64,000 nucleotides of DNA from Gammaproteobacteria bacterium (GTDB lineage Bacteria > Pseudomonadota > Gammaproteobacteria > Xanthomonadales > Marinicellaceae), in assembly GCA_030430025.1 (NCBI GenBank), contig JAUIGR010000010.1, positions 1,797 through 65,796 on the forward strand, given 5' to 3'. Positions 21,192 to 32,588 of the stretch are shown here, piece after piece (position 1 is the first letter of the stretch; every line of letters begins with the position of its first letter). Under the pieces are notes generated by a model. The model was not told the origin of the DNA. It did no database searches and saw only the letters and a program-made list of their open reading frames with translations. Both the position numbers and the translations under genes were made by a program.

Positions 21192-21564
21192 AATCTATTC
21201 AATAAAGAGAGGCATATTTTGCTGTCAATTTAATATTTTGGACAGATTCATTACCTGATTAGTTTTGCTGATTTTAATCAACTATCTGTAAAAATAAATT
21301 TATGTGATTATACTATTTGCACCACAAATATTATGTGTCATAAACAACAACAATGAGTTATTGTACTGTTATTGTGTTCATAATATGTGACGAAAGTTCT
21401 GTTTTGTCTATCATTAGGGCACTTCTATTAATGAGATTTTGCTGATAGGTTGGTAGGATACTTCTATAAGAAAAGGTTTGAAATCAGTGGTAAGGGCTTT
21501 GAATATAAGTTATGCTGGCGTCCCATTTTTCCAACGGTAAATAACTCCATCTATCCACAGTATT

Positions 21565-23007
21565 ATGCAATTCAAGGACTTAGGCTTGTCAGAGCCATTA
21601 CTCAAAGCCGTTGAGGCAAAAGGTTATGATATACCATCGCCAATTCAGTCAGAGGCTATACCTGCCATCCTATCAGGTAAGGATGTCTTAGCTGCTGCGC
21701 AAACTGGAACGGGTAAGACAGCAGGCTTTACTTTGCCTATATTGGAAAGGTTATCAAAAGGGCGGAAAGCACATTTTAATGCCGTTCGTGCATTGGTCTT
21801 GACGCCTACAAGAGAGCTGGCAGCACAGGTCGCTGATGCAGTGGCTATTTACAGTCAGTATTTGACTTTGAAATCAGCAGTGGTATTTGGTGGAGTCAAA
21901 ATCAACCCTCAAATGATCAAGTTAAGAAGAGGTGTTGATGTTTTGGTAGCAACACCTGGTCGGTTGTTGGACTTATACAGCCAAAACGCCATTCGCTTTG
22001 ATTACTTGGAAGTGTTGGTTCTTGATGAGGCTGATCGGATGTTGGATATGGGGTTCATTCATGATATTAAGAAGATCATCAGATTGTTACCAAAGAAACG
22101 ACAGAATCTGATGTTTTCTGCAACATTTTCTTCACAGATCAGGCAGTTGGCTCAGTCCATAACTCACTATCCTATTGAGATTACAGTCAGTAAAAATCAG
22201 GCCGCCAATGCGGTGACTCATTGGTTACATCCTGTTGATAAAAAAAAGAAACCAGCTTTATTACGGCATTTGATTGATGATGAGGCATGGGAGCAGGTTT
22301 TGGTTTTCTGTCGAACAAAGCACGGTGCTAATCGATTGGCTGCGTATTTGGAAAAGAACAATATCATGGTCGCCGCTATACATGGTAATAAAAGTCAGTC
22401 AGCACGAACGAAGGCATTGGCGGGCTTTAAAAATAAAAAAATACAAGTGTTGGTTGCTACGGATATTGCTGCTCGTGGTATTGATATCAACCAATTACCC
22501 CAGGTAGTTAATTTTGATTTACCCAATGTGCCGGAAGATTACGTTCACCGGATTGGCAGAACGGGTAGGGCGGGCGCGACAGGCCAGGCAATATCTTTGG
22601 TATCTGCGGATGAAGTGAAACAACTGAAGGGAATAGAACAGTTACTTAAACATCCAATTGAGCGCCGGTATGTCGATGATTTTGAGCCCGTGCATGAGGT
22701 GCCATTAACAGCCAAACCTGCTCAAATGAGTCAACCCAAAAAAATCAAACGACCCAAACCCCAGCATTTTGTTAAAGCCAGCATAAAAGCTAAATGGGCA
22801 GCCCGAACAGATGAAGACAGTCGAGAGGCAAAGAAGCGTGATCAAAAAGGACAGTCTGCACAAAAGGGCAATAAACAATCAAAGGCTGACTCGAAAAATG
22901 TTGATCAAAAGAAAAATGCTATGAAGAAGACTCGATCCAAAGCTTGGAACAAACAAAAAAACCAATCAGTTAGAAAAAGTAAACCAAGTGGTAAGCGAAT
23001 TAAATGA
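21565..23007 (+). CDS. rhlE: DEAD-box RNA helicase (RhlE-like) with Lys-rich tail
   Basis: [34 protein letters not shown]. Confidence 0.9.
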   Translation: MQFKDLGLSEPLLKAVEAKGYDIPSPIQSEAIPAILSGKDVLAAAQTGTGKTAGFTLPILERLSKGRKAHFNAVRALVLTPTRELAAQVADAVAIYSQYLTLKSAVVFGGVKINPQMIKLRRGVDVLVATPGRLLDLYSQNAIRFDYLEVLVLDEADRMLDMGFIHDIKKIIRLLPKKRQNLMFSATFSSQIRQLAQSITHYPIEITVSKNQAANAVTHWLHPVDKKKKPALLRHLIDDEAWEQVLVFCRTKHGANRLAAYLEKNNIMVAAIHGNKSQSARTKALAGFKNKKIQVLVATDIAARGIDINQLPQVVNFDLPNVPEDYVHRIGRTGRAGATGQAISLVSADEVKQLKGIEQLLKHPIERRYVDDFEPVHEVPLTAKPAQMSQPKKIKRPKPQHFVKASIKAKWAARTDEDSREAKKRDQKGQSAQKGNKQSKADSKNVDQKKNAMKKTRSKAWNKQKNQSVRKSKPSGKRIK

Positions 23008-23501
23008 GTCAGGTGAAAACGAGAGTGGGACTATATGTCGATGTCCAGAACGTTTATTACACTACCCGTGCTGTTTTTGGGCGCTCATTTAATTATCGAG
23101 GTTTTTGGGCGCATATTAATAGTCAGTATCAACTGGTGTATGCAAGGGCTTATGCAGTACAACGGGATGATGATGCTCAAATCAAGTTTCAAGATGCATT
23201 ACGACATATTGGATTTGATGTCAGGTTAAAAAAATTCATACAACGGGCTGATGGCAGTGCTAAAGGAGACTGGGATGTTGGTATCACTATAGATATGATT
23301 GAGCAAGCAGGATTTGTGGATGAGGTTATTTTGTTATCAGGAGACGGTGATTTTTCTATTCTGCTTGATCACATCAAAAAAAAATATGCTATCAGAACAA
23401 CCGTTTATGGGGTAGAAGCATTAACAGCACAAGCCCTTATCCAGGCTTCAAGTACATTTCATGCAATAGATAATCATTGGTTATTACCTCTTAAGTCTTG
23501 A
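23004..23501 (+). CDS. NYN/LabA (PIN-like) domain protein
   Basis: [26 protein letters not shown]; ATGA overlap with the helicase stop. Confidence 0.9.
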   Translation: MSQVKTRVGLYVDVQNVYYTTRAVFGRSFNYRGFWAHINSQYQLVYARAYAVQRDDDAQIKFQDALRHIGFDVRLKKFIQRADGSAKGDWDVGITIDMIEQAGFVDEVILLSGDGDFSILLDHIKKKYAIRTTVYGVEALTAQALIQASSTFHAIDNHWLLPLKS

Positions 23502-23511
23502 ATTTATAAAA

Positions 23512-24309
23512 TCAGCGGACTTTTGGGATAGTGACAGTAGGTAAGCGTTTGAACCAATGTTCGAAAGCCAGTGCGGCCTGATGATATAGCATGCCTAGCC
23601 CGTCATGGCATTGAGAGCAATGTTGGGTTGCAACAGTCAGGAAAGGTTGAGCAGTTTGGCCATAACTTAAGTCATAAGCAATTGAATGGTCAGTAAACCA
23701 TTGGGGTTTTAGCTCAGGGCTTTGGTTTTGGTAACCCAAGGTGGTACCATGGATGATCAAATCGTATGCTGGTTGATTTTGGTTATCAGTTGCTGCCAGA
23801 GAACAGCGGTCAAAACGTTGAGAGAGGGCTGCGGCTTTGGCTTTGGTACGATTATCGATGTCAATTGATGCTACTTGTGCATCGAGAAGTGCAGGGATAA
23901 TGCCCTGAACGGCACCACCGGCACCGAGAATCAGTACTCGTTTATTGGTCAATGTGATATTTTTGGAAGTCAGATCATTGACTAAACCGTCACCGTCAGT
24001 GTTATCACCCCATAGTTGTTGGCCCTTTTTGAATAAGGTGTTGACTGCGTCTGCTTTTTGGGCACGTGCTGTCAAGTTATCCAGCATTGGTATGATATTG
24101 GTTTTATGAGGTACTGTGATATTAGCGCCAAGACCACCTTTGGCAAAAAAATCTCTGACTTGATCAATTAACTGAGTGGCATCGACTTCAACTAACCTGT
24201 AATTAATCAATAATCCGAATTGATTTGCAAAAACTTGATGAATGTGCGGCGATTGGCTATGTTTGACAGGTTGGCCAAAAAGTGCCAATTGGTTTATTCG
24301 TTCAGCCAT
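23512..24309 (-). CDS. aroE: Shikimate dehydrogenase
   Basis: HSQSP, NITVPHK, AVNT, NTDG, GAGGA, GLGMLYHQA. Confidence 0.95.
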   Translation of the reverse strand: MAERINQLALFGQPVKHSQSPHIHQVFANQFGLLINYRLVEVDATQLIDQVRDFFAKGGLGANITVPHKTNIIPMLDNLTARAQKADAVNTLFKKGQQLWGDNTDGDGLVNDLTSKNITLTNKRVLILGAGGAVQGIIPALLDAQVASIDIDNRTKAKAAALSQRFDRCSLAATDNQNQPAYDLIIHGTTLGYQNQSPELKPQWFTDHSIAYDLSYGQTAQPFLTVATQHCSQCHDGLGMLYHQAALAFEHWFKRLPTVTIPKVR

Positions 24310-25283
24310 TCAATAACACGGTCTGCATAATAGGTCATTATCACATCACATCCGGCTCTTTTAAAACAAAGTAATGTTTCCATAACTGCTGGTCGTTCAG
24401 CTAAGAACCCTTGGTTAATAGCACCTTGCAACATGGTGTATTCGCCGGAGACGTGATAGGCCCAGATAGGAACATTGAATTGTGACTTAGCCATGGCGAT
24501 GACGTCTAGATAAGGTAGCCCAGGTTTAACCATCACCATATCAGCACCTTCATTGATGTCCATAGCAATTTCATCAATGGCCTCCAAGGCATTAGTGGGA
24601 TTCATTTGATAACTGTTTTTAGCGCTTTTACCCAGATTAGCAGCAGAGCCAACGGCTTCCCTGAATGGCCCGTAAAAACTTGATGCATATTTGGCTGAAT
24701 AAGACAATATCAGGGTATGGTGGTGTTTTTGCTGCTCCAACATAGCACGAATCTCACCAACACGGCCATCCATCATATCTGAAGGAGCCACCACATCAGC
24801 ACCCGCTTTGGCATGGGATCGTGCTTGCATTACCAGTGCTTTGATGGTGACATCATTGAGAATCTCACCTTGTTCGTTGATCATGCCATCTTGACCATGA
24901 GATGTATATGGATCAAGTGCTACATCGGTAATGACCAGTAGTTCTGGCAAACTAGATTTGATGAATTTGACTGTTTTCTGTATCAGTCCTTCAGGGTTCC
25001 AGGCTTCGGCAGCATCGTCTGTTTTGTAACGTTCTTCAATTACAGGAAATAACGCCACTGCATTGAGCCCTTTTTCATGTAAAGGGATCAATTTGTCCAA
25101 CAGTATATCGGCACTCATGCGTTGAACACCTGGCATGGATTCGATCGTTTCTGTGCGATTAAAACCGTCCAGTACGAAGACTGGCCAAATCAGGTCATTG
25201 ACCGTTAATTGATTCTCACAACTCAAGTTGCGTATGGCTTGGGAAGCACGCAAACGTCTTTTTCTGGTGTATGGAAATTGCAT
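24294..25283 (-). CDS. hemB: Porphobilinogen synthase
   Basis: DVALDPYTSHGQDG, PSDMMDGR, YSAKYASSFYGPFR, MVKPG, YHVSGEY. Confidence 0.97.
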   Translation of the reverse strand: MQFPYTRKRRLRASQAIRNLSCENQLTVNDLIWPVFVLDGFNRTETIESMPGVQRMSADILLDKLIPLHEKGLNAVALFPVIEERYKTDDAAEAWNPEGLIQKTVKFIKSSLPELLVITDVALDPYTSHGQDGMINEQGEILNDVTIKALVMQARSHAKAGADVVAPSDMMDGRVGEIRAMLEQQKHHHTLILSYSAKYASSFYGPFREAVGSAANLGKSAKNSYQMNPTNALEAIDEIAMDINEGADMVMVKPGLPYLDVIAMAKSQFNVPIWAYHVSGEYTMLQGAINQGFLAERPAVMETLLCFKRAGCDVIMTYYADRVIEWLNE

Positions 25284-25374
25284 CTTTTCTGGGGTATGCA
25301 GCTTAGAAAGGTGATAGTTTATGGCTTTTCATGTAAAATTTCATCTTTTGCTTTGGCTGATATTGAACCACGAG

Positions 25375-26145
25375 ATGGCTGTTATCATAAAAACTCCTGA
25401 ACAGATTGAAAAAATGCGCATAGCAGGGCAGTTGGCAGCCGAAGTTCTTGACATGATCGGAGCACATGTGAAGCCTGGTGTGTCGACTTTAGAGTTGGAT
25501 GAAATTTGTCATAGGCATATCACAGAAGTACAACAAGCCATTCCTGCGCCGTTGAACTACCGGGGTTTTCCAAAGTCCATTTGCACCTCAGTGAATCATG
25601 TGATTTGTCATGGTATACCGGATGAGAAGAAAATGCTCAAAGAAGGGGATATCATTAACATCGATGTGACGGTCATCAAAGATGGCTGGCATGGTGATAC
25701 TTCGAGGATGTTTTTTGTTGGTGAACCAAAGCAACGAGCGAAGCGATTGGTCGAAGTCACTTATGAAGCCATGAAACGAGGCATTGAGATGGTCAAGCCA
25801 GGTGTAAAATTAGGTGACATAGGTGCGGCTATTCAAGCGTATGCATATAAAAATCGTTATTCAGTAGTTTATGAATATTGTGGTCATGGTATTGGTCAGA
25901 CATTTCACGAAGACCCTCAAGTGTTACATTATGGGCGTACAGGCACAGGGTTGACGCTTGAACAAGGCATGACTTTTACCATTGAGCCAATGATCAATAT
26001 TGGTAAGAGACACTCAAAGTTATTAGCTGATGGTTGGACCGTGGTAACAAAAGACCGCAGTCTTTCTGCTCAGTGGGAGCATACCATCGCAGTCACTGCA
26101 GATGGTTTTGATGTGCTCACTCAATCACCTCGTTTCCCCTTATAA
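25375..26145 (+). CDS. map: Type I methionine aminopeptidase
   Basis: Likely start 25375 (MAVIIKTPEQ); CHGIP, HGDTS, GHGIG, TIEPM, WEHT. Confidence 0.96.
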   Translation: MAVIIKTPEQIEKMRIAGQLAAEVLDMIGAHVKPGVSTLELDEICHRHITEVQQAIPAPLNYRGFPKSICTSVNHVICHGIPDEKKMLKEGDIINIDVTVIKDGWHGDTSRMFFVGEPKQRAKRLVEVTYEAMKRGIEMVKPGVKLGDIGAAIQAYAYKNRYSVVYEYCGHGIGQTFHEDPQVLHYGRTGTGLTLEQGMTFTIEPMINIGKRHSKLLADGWTVVTKDRSLSAQWEHTIAVTADGFDVLTQSPRFPL

Positions 26146-26151
26146 AATTTC

Positions 26152-28740
26152 ATGGCATTGCTGGCTCCTCCTGATCATGCTGATGATTACCTTGATCTAT
26201 TGATTTTATCTCAGGATGCTATTGCGCTTAGGGAGCTGAGGTCAAAATTGAGTTTAGTTGATGATAAATTGGCCGAACACTTTTATCAGTGGCAAAACAT
26301 TTCAAGACTAGTCAGGACACGAGCTTGGGTGATCGAACAGTTTGTGTTGTATTTTTGGAATCAGCAGTTGGCACAATGTGACAACTTGGCATTGGTCGCT
26401 GTTGGTGGCTTCGGGCGTGGTGATTTACAACCTCATTCAGATGTTGATTTATTGGTGCTTTATCAAGGTCACCTGCCTGCTGAACCCATTGGGCAGTTCA
26501 TCCAAAACCTCTGGGATTTGGGTTTGGATGTAGGACATGCAGTGCGTACCGTTGATCAATCAGTGTCTTTAGCTAGCAACGATGTGACTGTGGCTACCAA
26601 TATCATGGAAGGCAGATTCATGCGGGGAGATAAACTATTGTTTGAGGCTTTGAGTCGATGTTGTAGTGATGAACGCATTTGGTCAGGGCGTGACTTTTTT
26701 CAAGCCAAGTATAAGGAACAGCTGCAGCGCCATAGAAAATATGGTGATACTGCCTATAACCTTGAGCCTAACATCAAAGAGGGACAGGGTGGTTTGCGTG
26801 ATATCCAAATGGTTACTTGGGTTGCACAACGACATTTTCATGTTGGCTCTATGCATGGTTTGGTGGATGTGGGTTTTTTACAACCAGATGAATACATTAG
26901 TTTACAAAAAGGACAGCGAAAACTATGGAAAATTCGTTATGCCCTGCATTTGTTGGCGGGTAGAAAAGAAGACCGTTTGTTGTTTGAATATCAAAAAAAA
27001 TTGGCCAAAATATTTGGTTATGAAGATGATGCCAATGGACTTGCAGTGGAAAAGTTCATGCAGGCACATTACCGTAATGTGATGCAATTGGAATTGCTCA
27101 ACATGAGGTTATTACAGCTGTTTAAAGAAAACATTCTACAAAGTCATGATGATAAAAAAATCATCGAGTTGGATGGTGACTTCCTGATCATTAATCATTA
27201 CTTAGAGGCTCGGAGTGCAAAGCTGTTTATCGATAACCCTGAAGCTATTATAGATCTTTTTGTCCATTATCAGCAACGTCCGGGAATTGCCGGTATTCGA
27301 GCCAATACTTTGCGTTATCTAAGTCAGTCACTATATGTCATTGATGATGACTTTCGGGCCTCAAAAACCATCAAGAAGAAGTTTTTGTCTATTTTTAAAA
27401 ATAAAAATCTGGTTTATTGTCAACTGAACTTAATGAATGCGTTGGGTATTCTGGGTCTTTATATTCCTGTGTTTGGAAAGATAGTCGGGAGAATGCAGTA
27501 TGACTTGTTTCATATGTATACTGTGGATCAGCATAGTTTATTTGTTTTGAGGAATATTAGGCGAATTATACGTGGTAAAAATCCACATGTACTGGCGCAC
27601 CAAATTTGTCAAAAATTTGATGAGCCTTATCTGTTGTGTTTGGCAGGATTTTTCCATGATGTTGCCAAAGGTCGTGGCGGAGATCATGCAGAGTTGGGTG
27701 CCATTGATGCGGCAGAGTTCGCATCTTCTTTTTATCTTCCAGAACAAGATGGAAAATTATTGAGTTGGCTAGTTAAATATCACTTGATAATGTCCGTTGT
27801 GGCTCAAAAACAAGATATCTCAGATTTACAAGTAATCGAAAAATTTGCCAATCTGGTAGAAAATCAAAAACAATTGGATGCTCTGTATGTTTTGACCATT
27901 GCGGATATTTCTGGAACCGATCCAAAGTTATGGAATACCTATAAAGACAGTTTATTATCAGAGTTATATCGAAGAACCAGCCGTTATTTGGCTCAGACTG
28001 ATTTGATTGATCCTGTTAAGCAAACGCAAAAAGAGGCGTTAAAGCTTTTAACTGAATTTGATCAACAGACCATAAAGAACATGTGGGGTGATTTTTCTGC
28101 ACGTTTTTTTAAGGAAAATGATGCGAGACGAGTGGCACAGATTACTCGGATTATCAGTGAAAATAATGGTCAAAATACATTTTCTGTCATAGAACAACAT
28201 GCTGATGGTTTTGAGTTTTTTATTTTTGGCGAAGAACATCAAGGGTTGTTTCATCATGTGACTTTGTTATTAACTGCTTACCCAGTCAGTATTGTTAATG
28301 CACGAATTTTGAGTAGTGATAACCAAAAAGTGATGGACAGCTTTCATTGTTTAGGTCCTTATGATAATGATTTGTTGAAGCACTTGGAAAACGATTTGTT
28401 AAAAATGATGGAGACCAAAAAGGTGTGCTTTGGGTATAGTCAAAAGTGGCCCTCCAAACGTGTCCAAAATTTTGATATGGTGACGGAAATTCATTGTGAA
28501 TCGAGTCGTGATGGTAGCAAGAGTCGCATAGAAATTCGCTGTGCAGACCGTCCTGGCTTGTTGGCTACCATTACGGGTTGTTTTCTTGACAATGAAATCT
28601 ATGTGGAAGGCGCCAAAGTGGCGACTTTTGGTCATCAGGCTGAGGATGTGTTTTGGATAAGTATTGATGGTAGTGCGCTCCCTGATAAAACAGCAGATCA
28701 ATTATTAAACCATTTACGACAACTCTTGGCTTTCAAATAG
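26152..28740 (+). CDS. glnD: [Protein-PII] uridylyltransferase
   Basis: GGFGRG, SDVDL, LEPNIKEGQGGLRD, HD domain (FHDVAKGRGGDH), ACT domains; follows map. Confidence 0.96.
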   Translation: MALLAPPDHADDYLDLLILSQDAIALRELRSKLSLVDDKLAEHFYQWQNISRLVRTRAWVIEQFVLYFWNQQLAQCDNLALVAVGGFGRGDLQPHSDVDLLVLYQGHLPAEPIGQFIQNLWDLGLDVGHAVRTVDQSVSLASNDVTVATNIMEGRFMRGDKLLFEALSRCCSDERIWSGRDFFQAKYKEQLQRHRKYGDTAYNLEPNIKEGQGGLRDIQMVTWVAQRHFHVGSMHGLVDVGFLQPDEYISLQKGQRKLWKIRYALHLLAGRKEDRLLFEYQKKLAKIFGYEDDANGLAVEKFMQAHYRNVMQLELLNMRLLQLFKENILQSHDDKKIIELDGDFLIINHYLEARSAKLFIDNPEAIIDLFVHYQQRPGIAGIRANTLRYLSQSLYVIDDDFRASKTIKKKFLSIFKNKNLVYCQLNLMNALGILGLYIPVFGKIVGRMQYDLFHMYTVDQHSLFVLRNIRRIIRGKNPHVLAHQICQKFDEPYLLCLAGFFHDVAKGRGGDHAELGAIDAAEFASSFYLPEQDGKLLSWLVKYHLIMSVVAQKQDISDLQVIEKFANLVENQKQLDALYVLTIADISGTDPKLWNTYKDSLLSELYRRTSRYLAQTDLIDPVKQTQKEALKLLTEFDQQTIKNMWGDFSARFFKENDARRVAQITRIISENNGQNTFSVIEQHADGFEFFIFGEEHQGLFHHVTLLLTAYPVSIVNARILSSDNQKVMDSFHCLGPYDNDLLKHLENDLLKMMETKKVCFGYSQKWPSKRVQNFDMVTEIHCESSRDGSKSRIEIRCADRPGLLATITGCFLDNEIYVEGAKVATFGHQAEDVFWISIDGSALPDKTADQLLNHLRQLLAFK

Positions 28741-29012
28741 GATCAGTGATAAAAAATAAGGATAAATTCATTGATTGAGGCTGTCAATAATAACGCTTAG
28801 ATTCAATTGAGATAGGTTAGTGTCGGACTCTTTGGTGAACAGGTCAAGTGTTAAAACTTCATTGATGAGATCATTCGTTTCGGATAGGCTGAAAAAAGCA
28901 ACAGCATTTTATCATAAGGTAAAATATTCTCTGTTATGTCAATATATTCATCTTTTTATTCCTGTTATGACAATCAAAAATGTGACCTCTTAAAACAAAA
29001 CGAGAAATAAAA

Positions 29013-29732
29013 ATGAAACTCAGTGAAAAAATCAAGTTACTCAGAACAGCAGAAAATTTAACCCAGCCAGAATTAGCGGATAAAGCAGGAATAGAACAGT
29101 CTTATCTTTCCAAACTGGAAAATGATAAGGGTTCACCTTCTTTTACTGTTATTAATAAGATTGCGCAGGCATTTGGTTTAACAGGCATGGAACTGATCAA
29201 TAGTCTCAATCACACATATATAGAGCAAAACTTATCACATATCCCCGAAGTGGCCGCTGAATATGCATCCGTCAAAAAACGTCAAGCTCAACTCTTGAAA
29301 AGGCGTTTTTTAATGGCCTCCTTGACAGTTATTCTGGGTATTGGTGTGTATTTTATGGGCATGATGAAGATTGTTTTTCCCGAAACTGAATATATATATC
29401 AATCATTAGGTGTGATCAAGGATAATGAAACCATTTATCAATTCTATGATAGCACGATCGATGAGCTTAATGAAACTCGAAAAGAAGCTGAGGCAAGGAT
29501 CAAAGCCAATCGAGATCGAATTGATATTAAATTATTAACGATGACAGAGTACCCGGGGTATTCTTTTGTTAAAAAAGAAGATGGTGGTCGTCGACGATAT
29601 GTTAAGCTTGAAGAAAAAAAATTATCCAGCAAGTACAATGATATGGTCTCCATTTTGGGTGTCATGCAGATTGTGGCAGGTGTTTTTATGTTTATTTTTA
29701 CCCAAAAGTTTAAGGACATCAGTTCCGACTAA
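29013..29732 (+). CDS. XRE-family HTH protein with two TM helices
   Basis: LTQPELADKAGIEQSYLSKLENDKGSPS; hydrophobic segments near aa 100-120 and aa 210-230. Confidence 0.85.
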   Translation: MKLSEKIKLLRTAENLTQPELADKAGIEQSYLSKLENDKGSPSFTVINKIAQAFGLTGMELINSLNHTYIEQNLSHIPEVAAEYASVKKRQAQLLKRRFLMASLTVILGIGVYFMGMMKIVFPETEYIYQSLGVIKDNETIYQFYDSTIDELNETRKEAEARIKANRDRIDIKLLTMTEYPGYSFVKKEDGGRRRYVKLEEKKLSSKYNDMVSILGVMQIVAGVFMFIFTQKFKDISSD

Positions 29733-29934
29733 TTGTTACCCACATATGGAAGCGAGGAAAGTTTTTAGTCTAAACTGAACCCTTCTTAGACAGTCTATTC
29801 GACAATAACCAAATAAACTTGTTGGGTCTTTACCAACGTCATTGTATTGATTCTGAAGTCACGAGGTTGAAGATCAGTTGATCCTATCAATGTAAAGTAC
29901 CAACGGAATACAAAAATATGTGCGTTAAAACGAT

Positions 29935-30690
29935 CTAGTGAGCTGTCCAGCCACCATCCAGAGTAATAGCTTGAGCTGTGATGTTTTGGGCTGCAGGGCT
30001 AATTAAGAAAGCGACTGTTTCTGCTAGCTCTTGCGGTTGAATAAAGGTTTTCTTGGGCATGGCAGCCAACATGACTTTATCAATGACTTCCGATTCTTTC
30101 ACTCCATGAACTTTTGCTTGTTGTTTAATTTGTCCTCTGACCATTGGTGTATCAACATAACCGGGACAGATGGTGTTGATAGTGATGTCTTGGTTTTTAA
30201 TTTCCAGTGCGATGCTTTTGGCGAGTCCTAAAAGACCGTGTTTGGCTGCTACGTATGCACTTTTATAGGCTGAGGCGACCAAAGAGTGAACTGAACCGAT
30301 ATTGATAATGCGACCAAAGTTTTGTGCTTTCATTTTTGGTAATACCGCTTGAGTGGTCATGGCTGGCCCCACCAGCATGATGTTAATGAGTTGTTGCCAT
30401 TTCTCAGCAGGGAAAGATTCTAATGGCGCCACATACTGCATACCAGCGTTATTGATCAGGACATCAATGACTTCGATCTCAGTATGTGCTTTTAGTTGTT
30501 CAAGGTGTTTTGAGTTACAAACATCCAACAAAAATGTTTCGACTTTGATACCATCTTCGGTCAGTTGTTGTTTGGCTTCAGCCAAACGCATTTCAGACAG
30601 ATCACTGATGATGACTTCATGGTTTGTAGCCAAATGCTTGGCAATGGCAAAACCGATGCCCGAGCTGCTGCCAGTGATGAGAATTTTCAT
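29935..30690 (-). CDS. bdhA: 3-hydroxybutyrate dehydrogenase
   Basis: GSSSGIG, NNAGMQYVAPLESFP, GSVHSLVASAYKSAYVAAKHG, CPGYVDTP. Confidence 0.88.
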   Translation of the reverse strand: MKILITGSSSGIGFAIAKHLATNHEVIISDLSEMRLAEAKQQLTEDGIKVETFLLDVCNSKHLEQLKAHTEIEVIDVLINNAGMQYVAPLESFPAEKWQQLINIMLVGPAMTTQAVLPKMKAQNFGRIINIGSVHSLVASAYKSAYVAAKHGLLGLAKSIALEIKNQDITINTICPGYVDTPMVRGQIKQQAKVHGVKESEVIDKVMLAAMPKKTFIQPQELAETVAFLISPAAQNITAQAITLDGGWTAH

Positions 30691-32585
30691 GGTCTGTCTT
30701 TGATGATTAATTGTTGGTTATGGGTGGTGATCATGCGTTGTGGATGTTCTGATATGGGCGAATGTCGGAGAACTTGTTGACTGGCAGGTAACGCCTCGTT
30801 TTTTGTCAGGTATAACCACATCAAATCAAGAGCTGCCTCTAAGTGTGGGTGCATGGCTGCAAAATCCTTATCGAAGTCAGGCAGTGATAGCAGGGCATCA
30901 AAATGCTGAGCTGTTTCAATTTCATATAGACGTAGCAGGTGATTGCCTAACTGCTTAGCCTTGTGATAATAAGCTCTGGAACTGTGGTTGATGGAGACGA
31001 TACCGTCAGCAGTACCGTGGAGAATGATCATCGGAATATTCAGTGATTTGCCTGTTACTGAGGTTGATTGTACATGTTGATAATACTGGTTTTTACTTTG
31101 TTTTGCTTGTTGCCACTGCTGATATAAACAGTGTTGTGGAGCGAAGCCATAACCAGGTTGAAAGAGCAGCTTGCTGGGTAATTGCCCAGTTTCGAAGTAG
31201 GCTGGTTCAATGTTTAAGGTAGGTGCAATACCGCTGGATAAAGCAAACATGTTCTGCCAGTCGTGTGCACCGAGTTCGATGCTTTGTGCCATCGCATTGA
31301 ACGCTGAATAACCAACATCACATATCAGCTCTTTGGCTTCACTTTGTAGATAACTGTTGGTGTATGTGATGTTGATAGAAGCCCATAATTGTGTCAACGT
31401 GTTAAAAGGTAACAATGTCATTGATGATGTTGTCCAACCTTTGGTTTTTAGTTGGTCGATGGCTTGTTCTGGTAGTGATAGTTCATTTTCTGAATCAAGA
31501 AAACCATGTTCGGCTAACTGTTGGCAGCGAAGCTCAAGCATCGGTTTGATGACAGCCAGTTGGGAAGAAAAGGGAGCATCTTTTAATTCGACCGACAAAC
31601 TCGCACAAGGTTGTAGCATACCAGCATGATTGGCTAATTCAATTAATGGTTGGCTAGTGATCTTGGCGGTGTGATCACTGGTGTTAACAATGAACTCATA
31701 TTCATTGACAAAAAGTTGGGGCTCAGCTGCTACTACGGCATCAATCAATTGTTTTGTATCCAATTCGGCGGCTTTAACGACAGCGCCTCCTCCATTGGAT
31801 ACACTGGCGGCCAATACCAGGAAATCATTGCTGCTGTATCCCAGTCTTGATAGAGATGCCAAAGCATATTCAATGGAATCTAATACCATGTGCCCCCACC
31901 ACTGTTCGGGGTTAGTTTGTGAATAAGCATGTTTGAAAACCACTTGGTTCTTTACGCCAGATTTGAGTATCACAGGCCCCTCGATGGTGTCAGCCTGCCA
32001 TAAGCCATTCAATTGGTAAGAGCCTTGTGATGTTGCTATTTCCGTTCCTGTCCCCTTATCCGTATATACTACAGCACAGCCTTGACTCAATGCCCAGGCC
32101 CCTGTGGTGCCGACCGCACCCAGCACATTGCGTGAACCACTGGAAGGTGCTACGACAAGGCATGGATGATCAGTGTTGAGCTGTTCCGGGACCTGCAGCA
32201 ATGTGGTGTGACTGACGGTACTGTTGAGTTGACGTTGTGCCCAGTACTCTGTACCAGCTATGGCTTTTTGTGAGCTGCTAATACCATGACTTTGACCATA
32301 GCCATGTGCTGGGTTCAAGTCATTAAGTGCCTTGAATTGAGTATGATAACTGGCTCGTCTTAATTGCTTTGCTGACGGGTTATCAGGTAATTGTGGTGGA
32401 GTTGAACGTAGACCTTCCAATCCCAAACCGGCTGTCAGCAGGTCATCATCGACACCATTGTAAGCGATCTGGTATTGCCAGGGTGCGGCGGCTTTGTTTT
32501 CAACTGTGGTTTGGCAACCTGTTAGTAGCAGGCTGCCAAAGACAGCTAAAGGCCAAATTCTGGTGGCTATTATGTTCATTTTCAT
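30687..32585 (-). CDS. D-3-hydroxybutyrate oligomer hydrolase, lipoprotein
   Basis: Lipobox LLTG-C; DDLLTAGLG, YTDKGTG, HAYSQTNPE, ASVSNGGGA, HGTADG, NHSSRAY, AQHFD. Confidence 0.9.
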   Translation of the reverse strand: MKMNIIATRIWPLAVFGSLLLTGCQTTVENKAAAPWQYQIAYNGVDDDLLTAGLGLEGLRSTPPQLPDNPSAKQLRRASYHTQFKALNDLNPAHGYGQSHGISSSQKAIAGTEYWAQRQLNSTVSHTTLLQVPEQLNTDHPCLVVAPSSGSRNVLGAVGTTGAWALSQGCAVVYTDKGTGTEIATSQGSYQLNGLWQADTIEGPVILKSGVKNQVVFKHAYSQTNPEQWWGHMVLDSIEYALASLSRLGYSSNDFLVLAASVSNGGGAVVKAAELDTKQLIDAVVAAEPQLFVNEYEFIVNTSDHTAKITSQPLIELANHAGMLQPCASLSVELKDAPFSSQLAVIKPMLELRCQQLAEHGFLDSENELSLPEQAIDQLKTKGWTTSSMTLLPFNTLTQLWASINITYTNSYLQSEAKELICDVGYSAFNAMAQSIELGAHDWQNMFALSSGIAPTLNIEPAYFETGQLPSKLLFQPGYGFAPQHCLYQQWQQAKQSKNQYYQHVQSTSVTGKSLNIPMIILHGTADGIVSINHSSRAYYHKAKQLGNHLLRLYEIETAQHFDALLSLPDFDKDFAAMHPHLEAALDLMWLYLTKNEALPASQQVLRHSPISEHPQRMITTHNQQLIIKDRP

Positions 32586-32588
32586 TCA

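Noticed and set aside
21192-21564. Pho boxes upstream of phoU
   Set aside because: Only isolated TGTCA/GTCAC half-sites; no pair at 11-bp spacing matching CTGTCAT
29719-29734. TCAGTTCCGACTAATT at the XRE gene stop resembling a MITE end
   Set aside because: Only 14/16 match in coding sequence with no upstream element homology; cannot be separated from chance
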